Shown: one piece after another, positions 52,872-64,000 of the stretch
Layout: the number at the start of each line of letters is the position of its first letter
How positions within the stretch are numbered: position 1 is the first letter of the stretch
Assembly: GCA_036834025.1 (NCBI GenBank)
Contig: DAITOS010000001.1
Coordinates: 80,666 to 144,665, forward strand
From: Limnohabitans sp.
GTDB lineage: Bacteria; Pseudomonadota; Gammaproteobacteria; Burkholderiales; Burkholderiaceae_C
Reading direction: 5' to 3'
DNA: 64,000 nucleotides
Translations under genes and position numbers: made by a program
The notes under the pieces: model-generated
Databases searched by the model: none
Told to the model about the DNA's origin: nothing
The model's input: the letters and a program-made list of their open reading frames with translations, nothing else

Positions 52872-53435
52872 TTACTTTTCTGAAGCCCTAGATCGATTTG
52901 AATCCCAATAAATATCTTTCTTATTTCCCTGTCGGTTAAATATCCGGGCTAATATGAATAAAAAATCTGAAAGCCTATTTAAATAAAGACGCGGGGCATC
53001 ATTTATTTTTTCTTGTGCACCTAGAGCGACTATTGATCTCTCAGCACGCCTTGCAATTGTCCTGCACACATGTGCCAAAGCCGCAGCACGTGAACCGCCT
53101 GGCAAAATAAACTCTTCTAGCTTAGGCAAATCGGCATTGTATTTTTGTATGGCTACATCGAGCTCTTCAACTGCACTTAGCTTTAATAGCTCGTATCCAG
53201 GAATGGAGATTTCGCCACCCAAGTTAAAAAGTTCATGTTGTACTTTTTTAAGGAAATCCAGTTCTTGTTTTTCAATAACATCGCACATCAGCAGTCCGAT
53301 GTTTGAATTCAATTCATCAACATCTCCCATCGTTTGTACTCTCAAGCTACTCTTTAATACGCGTTCATTATTTCCCAGTCCAGTGGTGCCATCATCCCCA
53401 GTGCGGGTTACGATTTGAGTCAGTCTATTGCCCAT
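52872..53435 (-). CDS. ATP:cob(I)alamin adenosyltransferase, PduO type
   Basis: 187-aa ORF with TRTGDDGTTGL and the PduO-type helical bundle pattern (FILPGG). Confidence 0.85.
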   Translation of the reverse strand: MGNRLTQIVTRTGDDGTTGLGNNERVLKSSLRVQTMGDVDELNSNIGLLMCDVIEKQELDFLKKVQHELFNLGGEISIPGYELLKLSAVEELDVAIQKYNADLPKLEEFILPGGSRAAALAHVCRTIARRAERSIVALGAQEKINDAPRLYLNRLSDFLFILARIFNRQGNKKDIYWDSNRSRASEK

Positions 53436-53613
53436 CTTCTTTTGCCTTTTTTACTTGTTAAGTTTTAGCTTATTCACATTAGACTACAAATCAAAATAAC
53501 AGGGATTTTCCCTTGAAATCAACATTTCTTGATCATGCCTACTTCCCCTTAGCTACTCACCCGTCGTACACTCGGGGGGATTAAATACACTAACGAGTTT
53601 TGAGGTTGTTTTA

Positions 53614-55050
53614 ATGAATGCTCCAATCCCTGCAAGCCATCTTGCCCCTGAGATTAAACCACGCCATATTCCTGCTGAGTTTATTGATGAGCTTAAAACT
53701 CGCTTTGGTGATCAATGCTCTACAGCATTGGTAGTTAGAGAACAGCACGGACGTGACGAATCTGCATTTGTTAGCATCCCCCCGCCCGCGGTCGTGGTAT
53801 TTGCTAAAAATACCCAAGACATTTCAGACGCTGTAAGGATCGCTGAAAGATTCTCGGTTCCAATCATTCCTTTCGGCGTGGGCTCCTCTTTGGAGGGTCA
53901 TTTACTTGCTGTACAAGGCGGTATGAGTCTGGATGTTAGCCAAATGAATAAAGTCTTGTCCATCAATGCAGAGGACCTCACTGTAACGGTTCAGCCAGGT
54001 ACAACACGCATGCAGCTCAACAATGAGCTCAAAAGTACGGGATTATTTTTCCCTATCGATCCAGGTGCCGATGCCTCCATAGGCGGTATGTGCGCAACGC
54101 GAGCAAGCGGGACCAACGCCGTCAGATACGGCACGATGCGTGAAAATGTTTTGGCTCTTGAGGTAGTAAATGCCAAGGGTGAGATTATCAAAACCGGTAC
54201 AAGAGCAAAGAAATCAAGTGCGGGTTATGACCTAACTCGTCTTTTTGTGGGTAGCGAAGGTACTCTTGGCGTCATCAGTGAAATTACTCTTAAGATTTAT
54301 CCGCTGCCTGAAGCAATTTCTGCTGCCATTTGCTCTTTTCCCTCTATAGAATCCGCAGTCCTGACGACGATTCAAATTATTCAAATGGGTATTCCAATCG
54401 CTCGCGTTGAACTCATTGACAAAAATACTGTTCGCATGGTGAATGCTCATACAAAACTAACTTTAACTGAGCAACCCCTTTTGCTAATGGAGTTTCATGG
54501 TTCCCCAGCAGGTGTTAAAGAACAAGCCCAAAGTGTTCAAGAGATTGCGCACGAACACGGGGGTGAGGATTTTGAATGGGCAAGCACTCCAGAGGAAAGA
54601 ACAAGGCTTTGGAGCGCAAGACACAATGCATATTTCTCGGCCCTTCAATCTCGTCCCGGGTGCAGAGCAATCTCAACGGACACTTGTGTGCCCATCAGCA
54701 GACTCGCTGACTGTTTGCTAAAGTCAGTTGAAGAAACAGAAGCGTCTTTGATACCTTTCTTTTTAGTCGGTCACGTTGGTGATGGTAATTTTCACTTCGG
54801 CTATTTGATTGATCCCAACAACCCTTCAGAGAGAGAGACCGCAGAACAACTTAACGATAAGTTAGTTGCAAGAGCCATCAGCATGGGAGGAACATGCTCT
54901 GGAGAGCACGGTATTGGACTTCACAAAATGGGGTTTTTAATAGACGAAGCAGGAGAGGCCGCTGTAGATATGATGCGAACAATTAAAGTCGCGCTTGACC
55001 CTAAAAATATTATGAATCCTGGAAAGATTTTTTCGTTTACGACCAAGTAA
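53614..55050 (+). CDS. FAD-linked oxidase (GlcD / D-lactate dehydrogenase family)
   Basis: 478-aa ORF with an FAD-binding PCMH domain (PFGVGSSLEGH, GYDLTRLFVGSEGTLGVI) and the C-terminal motif GEHGIGLHK...DPKNIMNPGK. Confidence 0.8.
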   Translation: MNAPIPASHLAPEIKPRHIPAEFIDELKTRFGDQCSTALVVREQHGRDESAFVSIPPPAVVVFAKNTQDISDAVRIAERFSVPIIPFGVGSSLEGHLLAVQGGMSLDVSQMNKVLSINAEDLTVTVQPGTTRMQLNNELKSTGLFFPIDPGADASIGGMCATRASGTNAVRYGTMRENVLALEVVNAKGEIIKTGTRAKKSSAGYDLTRLFVGSEGTLGVISEITLKIYPLPEAISAAICSFPSIESAVLTTIQIIQMGIPIARVELIDKNTVRMVNAHTKLTLTEQPLLLMEFHGSPAGVKEQAQSVQEIAHEHGGEDFEWASTPEERTRLWSARHNAYFSALQSRPGCRAISTDTCVPISRLADCLLKSVEETEASLIPFFLVGHVGDGNFHFGYLIDPNNPSERETAEQLNDKLVARAISMGGTCSGEHGIGLHKMGFLIDEAGEAAVDMMRTIKVALDPKNIMNPGKIFSFTTK

Positions 55051-55054
55051 AAAC

Positions 55055-55987
55055 TTACGAAACAATCGCACGCAATTTGTCAATCAATCCATTGAGTTCA
55101 TCTAATGAGCCGAATTGAATGGTCAGTTCGCCCATTTCTTGAGTTTTCCCGTGTCGTTTTATTTTTTTCTTAACAGACACCTCCACGGTAGCCGTCAATA
55201 AGTCTGATAGTTCTTCCTCTATTCTTAGAATATCACCAGATTTGACCTTGGATTTGCTATTTTTAAACTTGTTTTCCGAGGTGCTAGATTTAATTCTTTT
55301 TATAAGTTGCTCAGCATCTCGGACTGACATTTTTTTTGCTGTCATTTGATGCGCCGCAGATATTTGCTCTGCCTGCTCGAGGCCTAGCAATGCCCGCGCA
55401 TGTCCCATGTCCAGATCGCCGGCCATTAACAAGTCTTGCACAGGTTTGGTAAGGTTCAAAAGTCGCAATAGATTGGACGCCGCGCTCCTTGATCGACCAA
55501 CGGCCTGCGCTGCTTGCTCATGGCTGAGGCCAAACTCTTTAACCAATCGTTCTAAACCGTGTGCCTCCTCAAGTGGATTCAAATCCTCGCGTTGAATATT
55601 CTCTATCAAAGCCATTGCTGCCGCTGCCTCATTCGGCACATCACGAACCAATACAGGAACTGACTGAAGACCAGCTAATTTTGCGGCTCTAAATCGTCTC
55701 TCTCCAGCAATAATCTCATATTTTTCCTTATTAGGTCCATCCTTTAAAAGTCGAACCAAGATAGGTTGCATGATTCCTTGAGCTTTAATACTTTCAGCTA
55801 GCTCATACAAAGCGCCCTCATCCATCCGAGTGCGAGGCTGATACATACCAGCAACCATTTCTGTAAGCTTTAAAACGGAGGGCCCCCCTGATGCATCTTG
55901 ATCCCCTACGTCAGTTGTATCTTTAACGGCGGGTCCGAGCAGCGACTCTAGCCCTCGTCCTAATCCTTTTGGTTTTTTAGTTACCAT
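55055..55987 (-). CDS. parB: chromosome partitioning protein ParB
   Basis: 310-aa ORF with KGLGRGLESLL, the GERRFRAAK box and an HTH (SHEQAAQAVGRSRSAASNLLRLL). Confidence 0.9.
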   Translation of the reverse strand: MVTKKPKGLGRGLESLLGPAVKDTTDVGDQDASGGPSVLKLTEMVAGMYQPRTRMDEGALYELAESIKAQGIMQPILVRLLKDGPNKEKYEIIAGERRFRAAKLAGLQSVPVLVRDVPNEAAAAMALIENIQREDLNPLEEAHGLERLVKEFGLSHEQAAQAVGRSRSAASNLLRLLNLTKPVQDLLMAGDLDMGHARALLGLEQAEQISAAHQMTAKKMSVRDAEQLIKRIKSSTSENKFKNSKSKVKSGDILRIEEELSDLLTATVEVSVKKKIKRHGKTQEMGELTIQFGSLDELNGLIDKLRAIVS

Positions 55988-55999
55988 GTTAATACTTTC

Positions 56000-56806
56000 T
56001 TATTTGTTTTGATCAGGATTGAGTCTATCTACTATTTCCTGTGCAAATTCAAGGAAGGCTTGACTGCCTTTTGCCAAAGGATCAAATACCACGCCAGGCA
56101 AACCATAACTCGGTGCCTCTGCCAAGCGCACATTTCTGGGAATCACCGCATTAAAAACTTTATCTTTAAAATGATCTTTTAGTTGATCACTCACTTGTTG
56201 CTGCAATGTAACCCTTGGATCAAACATAACCCTTAGCAATCCTATTATTTTCAGATCTTTATTCAAATTTGCATGAACTTGTTTGATGGTGTTCACAAGA
56301 TCTGTTAAACCCTCCAGTGCAAAGTACTCACATTGCATCGGCACAACCACACCTTGAGCAGCACACAAACCATTAAGGGTCAACATGGACAATGAGGGCG
56401 GGCAATCAATCACAACGAAATCATAATCTTTATCAACAGCAGCCAAGGCGCGCTTAAGTCTCATCTCCCTATGTTCTAGACTGACCAACTCAACCTCAGC
56501 GCCAGACAGATCGCGATTGGCCCCTAAAACATCATACTTGGGAAAATGCTTTTTACCGCCTTCTTCACCCCAACTACTTGAACAAATAGCCTCTCTGGCG
56601 GTTACCTCCTCAAGTAAAACATCGTACACGGAAAGCTCTAAATTCCTCTTGTCCACTCCAGATCCCATCGTTGCATTTCCCTGCGGATCGAGATCTACAA
56701 GCAATACCCGTTGTCCAATTGCAGCCAAACCAGCCGCCAAGTTTACGGAAGTTGTCGTCTTACCGACCCCACCCTTTTGGTTTGCCACACAAAATATTTT
56801 TGACAT
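56000..56806 (-). CDS. parA: chromosome partitioning ATPase ParA
   Basis: 268-aa ORF with the deviant Walker A NQKGGVGKTT, and DCPPSL. Confidence 0.92.
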   Translation of the reverse strand: MSKIFCVANQKGGVGKTTTSVNLAAGLAAIGQRVLLVDLDPQGNATMGSGVDKRNLELSVYDVLLEEVTAREAICSSSWGEEGGKKHFPKYDVLGANRDLSGAEVELVSLEHREMRLKRALAAVDKDYDFVVIDCPPSLSMLTLNGLCAAQGVVVPMQCEYFALEGLTDLVNTIKQVHANLNKDLKIIGLLRVMFDPRVTLQQQVSDQLKDHFKDKVFNAVIPRNVRLAEAPSYGLPGVVFDPLAKGSQAFLEFAQEIVDRLNPDQNK

Positions 56807-56856
56807 CTAGATCTTCTTTTCAAAAAACAGGCTTGAGTTTACAACCGAGAATAACA

Positions 56857-56878
56857 AAAGAGCGCAAAAGCTCTCTTT
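56857..56878 (-). terminator. weak hairpin between rsmG and parA (possible partial terminator)
   Basis: On the minus strand, AAAGAG-A-GC TTTT GC-G-CTCTTT is followed by TGTTATT. The stem has one mismatch and the U-tract is short. Confidence 0.3.
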
Positions 56879-56898
56879 ATTTAGTAACAAATTAGAAC

Positions 56899-56914
56899 TG
56901 TTTCACGTGAAACA
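56899..56914. other. parS: parS centromere-like site (perfect consensus)
   Basis: TGTTTCACGTGAAACA is a perfect 16-bp palindrome identical to the chromosomal parS consensus tGTTNCACGTGAAACa. It lies in the rsmG-parA intergenic region. Confidence 0.85.
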
Positions 56915-56942
56915 TAAAACCTTCCCGCCTAAACCCTCAAAA

Positions 56943-57617
56943 CTACCCCTCTCGCATCCATACCAAACAACGCTCCGCATTCATCATAGGTACAGTTAGC
57001 TGAGTTACCTCAATTAAATCAATACCATCTGGCAATTCCTTGATTTCTTCCTCTGGCATCTTTCCCTTCATTGCCATCCAAACTCCCCCTTCGAGCAACC
57101 GACCCTGGGTTCCTTCTATGAAGTCTTTCAAGCTAGAGAATGCACGAGAAACAATTAGTTCATACTTAGGACCCGTATCTTTTTCTACGCGACCATGTTT
57201 TGCAATAGCATTCGGCAAACCCAGTTGCAAAGCCGCCTGCTTAATAAAAGCAACTTTTTTTGCAACCGCATCAATTGCAACAACATTTAAATCAGGGCGG
57301 GCAATTGCGATCATCAAAGCCGGCAACCCCGCACCTGATCCTACATCTAGTATTGTGGAACCAGCAACCACACGCTCAGAAATTGGCTTGATTACGCTTA
57401 GACAATCTAAAACATGTTGAACAAGGATATCTTTTGAGTCTTTGATTGCGGTAAGGTTGTAAACCGTACCCCATTTATTCAAAAGAGTAATGTATGCAAG
57501 AATCTTCTCCCTTTGGCCAGCCTCCAGCTCCAACCCTAACTGGGCAAGACCAGATAAAAGTGCCGCCTCTAAGGACAATTGCTCTAAAACGTCTCCCCGT
57601 TGCGAAGTTAATTTCAT
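56943..57617 (-). CDS. rsmG: 16S rRNA (guanine527-N7)-methyltransferase
   Basis: 224-aa ORF with LLNKWGTVYNLTAI and the SAM motif ILDVGSGAGLP. Order is mnmG-rsmG-parAB. Confidence 0.88.
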   Translation of the reverse strand: MKLTSQRGDVLEQLSLEAALLSGLAQLGLELEAGQREKILAYITLLNKWGTVYNLTAIKDSKDILVQHVLDCLSVIKPISERVVAGSTILDVGSGAGLPALMIAIARPDLNVVAIDAVAKKVAFIKQAALQLGLPNAIAKHGRVEKDTGPKYELIVSRAFSSLKDFIEGTQGRLLEGGVWMAMKGKMPEEEIKELPDGIDLIEVTQLTVPMMNAERCLVWMREG

Positions 57618-57649
57618 AAAATTCGTCTAGGCCAATCAGCCGCCCTGGA

Positions 57650-59644
57650 TCATTCAGAATCGAACTCAGCCGACACGCCCTCTGCGAAGACAGCATCTTC
57701 TCCTACAGAAGCTGTATCTCTTTTGGCCTTCATTCTCTTTAAATGAATCAACAATAGAGAAATAGCCGCTGGTGTGATACCAGAAATCCGCGAAGCCAAG
57801 CCAACCGTCTCGGGACGGAACTTGGTCAACTTTTGGCGAACCTCAAAGCTTAAAGCATCTATTGAGAGGTAGTCTAAATCCTTGGGCAAATGAAGATTTT
57901 CAAAGCCAGCCGCCCTTTCAACCTCCTCCTTTTGCTTTTCAATATAACCGGAATACTTCGCACTTATTTCAACTTGCTCTAATATTGTTTCACGTGAAAC
58001 ATCATCAAGGGATTCGATTTCAGCGCTTTTGAACTCGCCGTTTTCCATGCTCATTAGCGACTGATAAGTAATGTCAGGACGGCGAAGTAAGTCGCCTAGG
58101 TTGTATTCGTGATCTATCTTTTTACCCAACACCCTGACCATTTCTGACTCTGAAAGATTGCGAGGATTAACCCAGATACTTTTTAACCTCTGCGTTTCTT
58201 GGCGAATTAGCTTTTGCTTAATCTCAAAGGCCTGCCACTGAAGGGAGCCAATCAAACCGAAACCATTCGCAATGCCTGACAAACGTTGATCCGCATTGTC
58301 CTCTCTTAGTTGCAATCGATATTCTGCTCTGCTGGTAAACATTCGGTAAGGCTCTGATACACCCTTGGTAACAAGGTCATCGACCAAAACGCCAATATAG
58401 GCTTGGTCCCTCGCGGGCGTCCATGAGGGTTCGCCTTTGCAATAGAGCGCGGCATTTATGCCTGCATAAAGCCCCTGTGCGGCAGCCTCTTCGTAACCCG
58501 TTGTCCCATTTATTTGTCCCGCAAAAAACAAACCTTCAATGGCTTTTGTTTCAAAACTTCTTTTAAGTTCACGAGGGTCAAAATAATCATATTCAATAGC
58601 ATATCCAGGCCTGAGAATATGTGCGTTTTCTAAACCCTTCATTGATCTGACGAGTTCATATTGAATATCAAAAGGAAGACTGGTGCTTATACCATTTGGA
58701 TAGTATTCGTTTGTTGTTAATCCCTCAGGCTCAAGGAATATTTGGTGACTTTCTTTGTCGGCAAATCTGTTAATTTTGTCTTCAACACTTGGACAATAAC
58801 GCGGACCAACACCTTCTATCTTGCCAGTAAACATGGGGCTTCGATTAAAACCCGAGCGAATGATTTCGTGCGTTTTTTCGTTGGTATGAGTAATCCAACA
58901 CGCCATTTGCTGAGGATGATGTTCAACCCTTCCCATGTAACTAAATACAGGTATAGGGCCCTCTGATCCGCCTAGCATGCCGTCTCCTGGCTGCTCAGTG
59001 CAAGAGGCAAAGTCAATAGAGCGCCCGTCAATTCTAGGAGGGGTTCCCGTTTTAAGGCGCCCCTGAGGGAGTTTTAGTTCTTTAAGACGATCGCTTAGTC
59101 TTATTGAGGGAGGATCGCCCGCTCTCCCTCCTGAATAGTTATCGAGTCCAATGTGGATACGTCCATTGAGAAAGGTTCCAGCAGTCAAAATAACTGCTCT
59201 TGATCTGAACTCTATCCCCGCTTGAACTATGGCACCAACTACTTTATTTCCCTCAATACATAAATCTTCTACAGATTGTTGAAATAAAGACAAGTTAGGT
59301 TGATTCTCTAGTTCAAACCTAACAGCGGCTTTATATAAGATTCTGTCTGCTTGTGCTCTCGTAGCCCGCACAGCTGGGCCTTTTGATTTATTCAATATTC
59401 GGAACTGGATGCCTGCCCTATCAGTTGCTCTGGCCATTACACCGCCCATGGCATCTATCTCTTTAACCAGATGGCCTTTGCCGATACCGCCAATAGAAGG
59501 GTTGCAACTCATTTGCCCGAGAGTTTCAATGTTGTGGGTTAACAAAAGGGTACTAAGTCCCATCCTTGCGCTAGCCAAGGCAGCCTCAGTACCTGCGTGT
59601 CCGCCGCCAACAACTATGACATCAAACTCACGAGGATATTTCAT
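57650..59644 (-). CDS. mnmG: tRNA uridine 5-carboxymethylaminomethyl modification enzyme MnmG
   Basis: The ATG at 59644 gives [22 protein letters not shown]; the ORF-track start at 59680 is upstream. Contains [14 protein letters not shown] and [16 protein letters not shown]. Confidence 0.95.
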   Translation of the reverse strand: MKYPREFDVIVVGGGHAGTEAALASARMGLSTLLLTHNIETLGQMSCNPSIGGIGKGHLVKEIDAMGGVMARATDRAGIQFRILNKSKGPAVRATRAQADRILYKAAVRFELENQPNLSLFQQSVEDLCIEGNKVVGAIVQAGIEFRSRAVILTAGTFLNGRIHIGLDNYSGGRAGDPPSIRLSDRLKELKLPQGRLKTGTPPRIDGRSIDFASCTEQPGDGMLGGSEGPIPVFSYMGRVEHHPQQMACWITHTNEKTHEIIRSGFNRSPMFTGKIEGVGPRYCPSVEDKINRFADKESHQIFLEPEGLTTNEYYPNGISTSLPFDIQYELVRSMKGLENAHILRPGYAIEYDYFDPRELKRSFETKAIEGLFFAGQINGTTGYEEAAAQGLYAGINAALYCKGEPSWTPARDQAYIGVLVDDLVTKGVSEPYRMFTSRAEYRLQLREDNADQRLSGIANGFGLIGSLQWQAFEIKQKLIRQETQRLKSIWVNPRNLSESEMVRVLGKKIDHEYNLGDLLRRPDITYQSLMSMENGEFKSAEIESLDDVSRETILEQVEISAKYSGYIEKQKEEVERAAGFENLHLPKDLDYLSIDALSFEVRQKLTKFRPETVGLASRISGITPAAISLLLIHLKRMKAKRDTASVGEDAVFAEGVSAEFDSE
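57986..58001. other. parS: second parS site, embedded in the mnmG coding sequence
   Basis: Identical TGTTTCACGTGAAACA. On the coding strand it encodes V-S-R-E-T within ...[12 protein letters not shown]... Confidence 0.8.
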
Positions 59645-59824
59645 TAAAAATCGAATCCAAAACAGGCTATAGAAAAGCACTTGCTATCTTTACTAATAAT
59701 AAAGAAAAAGCAAGTATCAAAGAGTTAGCAAAAACAATAAAATTAGCAGTTTTGCAATACTCTCTATTTTACGACTTGAGTCGCTTGCTCGACAAGTTAA
59801 ACCCTTACTTTAAGTACAGAAGAA

Positions 59825-60679
59825 ATGAAAACATACAGAAATGTAGAACGAATCATTACCGGTCAAGCAACAAGCGACGGTGCGGGAGTTAAGTTAACAC
59901 GTCTTTTAACTCAGGATTTACAACAACGTTTAGATCCCTTTTTGATGCTTGATGCGTTTGGCAGTGATGAGGCAAACGACTACATTGGAGGCTTTCCAGA
60001 CCACCCCCATCGTGGCTTTGAAACGATAACATACATGTTACAAGGAAGAATGCGTCACTCCGATAGTGCTGGTAATTCTGGATTGTTAAAGGATGGTGGC
60101 GTGCAGTGGATGACAGCCGGAAGAGGAGTCATTCACAGTGAAATGCCCGAACAAAGGGAGGGAAGAATGAGCGGTTTTCAATTGTGGTTGAATTTACCTT
60201 CCCATGAAAAAATGTGCGCACCCTGGTATCAAGATTTTCAAAATGAATCAATACCCGAAACGACACTATCTAATGGAGTCAAGTTAAGAGTTATCGCGGG
60301 TGAATCACACGGCATAGCTGGAGCAGTTCAAAAACAAGCAACCACGCCAATGTACTTAGATGTACATTTTCCGGAAAATGAAGATTTAACTTTTGAACAG
60401 TTTATCCCCCACCAAAACAATGCTTTTCTTTATGTTTACGAAGGAGAGGTAACTATTAAAGGATCTTCTAAGAACCTAATCGTTCATAGTAAAGAAATGG
60501 CGATATTAACCAATGAGGGAGATTTTGTTTTAATGAATTCGGACAAACTGACGAAACTGATCTTGATCAGCGGAGCTCCTTTGAGGGAGAGCATTGTTCA
60601 GTATGGTCCTTTTGTAATGAACACAAAAGAACAAATTATTAAAGCTGTTGAAGACTTTAGATCAGGACAATTGGCTTAA
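59825..60679 (+). CDS. pirin-family protein
   Basis: 284-aa bicupin ORF with the metal-binding motif FPDHPHRGFETITYML, and MTAGRGVIHSE. Confidence 0.85.
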   Translation: MKTYRNVERIITGQATSDGAGVKLTRLLTQDLQQRLDPFLMLDAFGSDEANDYIGGFPDHPHRGFETITYMLQGRMRHSDSAGNSGLLKDGGVQWMTAGRGVIHSEMPEQREGRMSGFQLWLNLPSHEKMCAPWYQDFQNESIPETTLSNGVKLRVIAGESHGIAGAVQKQATTPMYLDVHFPENEDLTFEQFIPHQNNAFLYVYEGEVTIKGSSKNLIVHSKEMAILTNEGDFVLMNSDKLTKLILISGAPLRESIVQYGPFVMNTKEQIIKAVEDFRSGQLA

Positions 60680-60703
60680 ACTAAATTAACCAGATCACAA
60701 TAA

Positions 60704-63271
<2,568 letters not shown>

Positions 63272-63296
63272 TTAAAAAAAATAGGCAAGTTAAATA

Positions 63297-64000
63297 TTAA
63301 ATTCTCATCGGCATGACAACATACTTAAAAGAGTCTGACTCTGGCATTGTTATTAATGCAGAACTGTTTGAATCAGGTAAATCAAATCTAACCATTTCTT
63401 GATTCATGTTGTTCAAAACATCTATCAAATATGTAACATTGAAACCAATTTCAATTGGATTTCCTGAATAATTTATATCTAATTCATCAACCGCTTCTTC
63501 TTGTTCTGAATTATTTGATGCGACTCTTAATACACCAGGCTCAATATTTAACTTAACTCCCTTGAATTTATCACTAGTCAAAATAGCAGTTCTTTGCAAA
63601 CAATGTAAAAGAGCTTCTCTTCCAAGGATAATTTCATTTTTATTCCCTTTAGGAATAACTCTGTTGTAGTCTGGAAACTTACCTTCAACTAATTTTGTAA
63701 CAAATACTAAATTTCCAAATGTAAATTTTGCTTGATTAGAAGCAAATTGCATTTCAATTGATCCTTCAGAATCACTTAAAAGCCTTAATAATTCCAAAAC
63801 TGTTTTACGTGGAAGTATGACTTCTTGCTTGGGAACTTCATGTTCAAGAACAGAGGATGCGAAAGCAAGTCTATGTCCGTCAGTTGCTACCAAACTCAAA
63901 CTTTTATTTTCAGCAACAAAAAGTATTCCATTTAAATAATAACGAATATCATGAACTGCCATTGAAAAAGAAACTTGTTGAAGCAGACTTTTTAATGTCT
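63297..64000 (-). CDS. dnaN: DNA polymerase III beta sliding clamp, C-terminal about 234 codons (gene continues beyond the right edge)
   Basis: The frame stays open upstream of the ORF-track Met to 64000 (…TLKSLLQQVSFSMAVHDIRYYLNGILF, compare E. coli …QFSMAHQDVRYYLNGMLF). Ends with MPMRI. Order is dnaN-gyrB. Confidence 0.93.
   Translation of the reverse strand, partial: TLKSLLQQVSFSMAVHDIRYYLNGILFVAENKSLSLVATDGHRLAFASSVLEHEVPKQEVILPRKTVLELLRLLSDSEGSIEMQFASNQAKFTFGNLVFVTKLVEGKFPDYNRVIPKGNKNEIILGREALLHCLQRTAILTSDKFKGVKLNIEPGVLRVASNNSEQEEAVDELDINYSGNPIEIGFNVTYLIDVLNNMNQEMVRFDLPDSNSSALITMPESDSFKYVVMPMRI

Noticed and set aside
59645-59824. AT-rich mnmG-pirin intergenic region as an oriC candidate (by analogy to E. 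coli gidA-mioC)
   Set aside because: I found no TTATCCACA-like boxes or 13-mer repeats in the 180 bp. Only a 7-bp inverted repeat is present (ACTTGCT ... AGCAAGT). An ordinary divergent promoter region is the more likely explanation.

Overview
Gene-dense chromosomal segment, roughly 90% coding and mid-40s %GC by eye. Gene content and protein sequences look betaproteobacterial (Burkholderiales, possibly a streamlined Polynucleobacter-like genome); that is a guess from memory, not a search result. I call about 58 CDS, nearly all housekeeping: secretion (yajC-secDF), def-fmt, glycolysis (pgk, pyk, fba, gapA), purine and pyrimidine synthesis (purC/E/K, pyrF), t6A genes (tsaC, tsaB-rimI), uvrA, alr, glcEF, maeB, gcdH and mnmA. 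The right end carries the origin-proximal cluster parB-parA-rsmG-mnmG / gyrB-dnaN (dnaN runs off the window), with two perfect 16-bp parS palindromes. I found no rRNA, tRNA, CRISPR array, transposase, integrase, prophage or recognisable defence or toxin system, so I cannot point to a clear-cut novel multi-gene system. The most unusual locus is at 1.3-4.8 kb. There a SET-domain methyltransferase is transcribed divergently from a topoisomerase III that carries a histone-H1-like Lys/Pro/Thr/Ala tail and a C-terminal SWIB/MDM2 domain, a candidate bacterial chromatin-like pair. Secondary oddities: an SGNH-like lipoprotein whose catalytic residues all appear substituted; a family-4-like UDG with a degenerate active-site motif in the tsaB-rimI operon; an orphan barstar-like gene; glcEF without glcD; a 58-aa rubredoxin absent from the ORF track; a convergent gene-polarity switch at about 47 kb; and apparently AT-richer gyrB/dnaN. 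All functional calls come from by-eye motif recognition and need HMM or BLAST confirmation.
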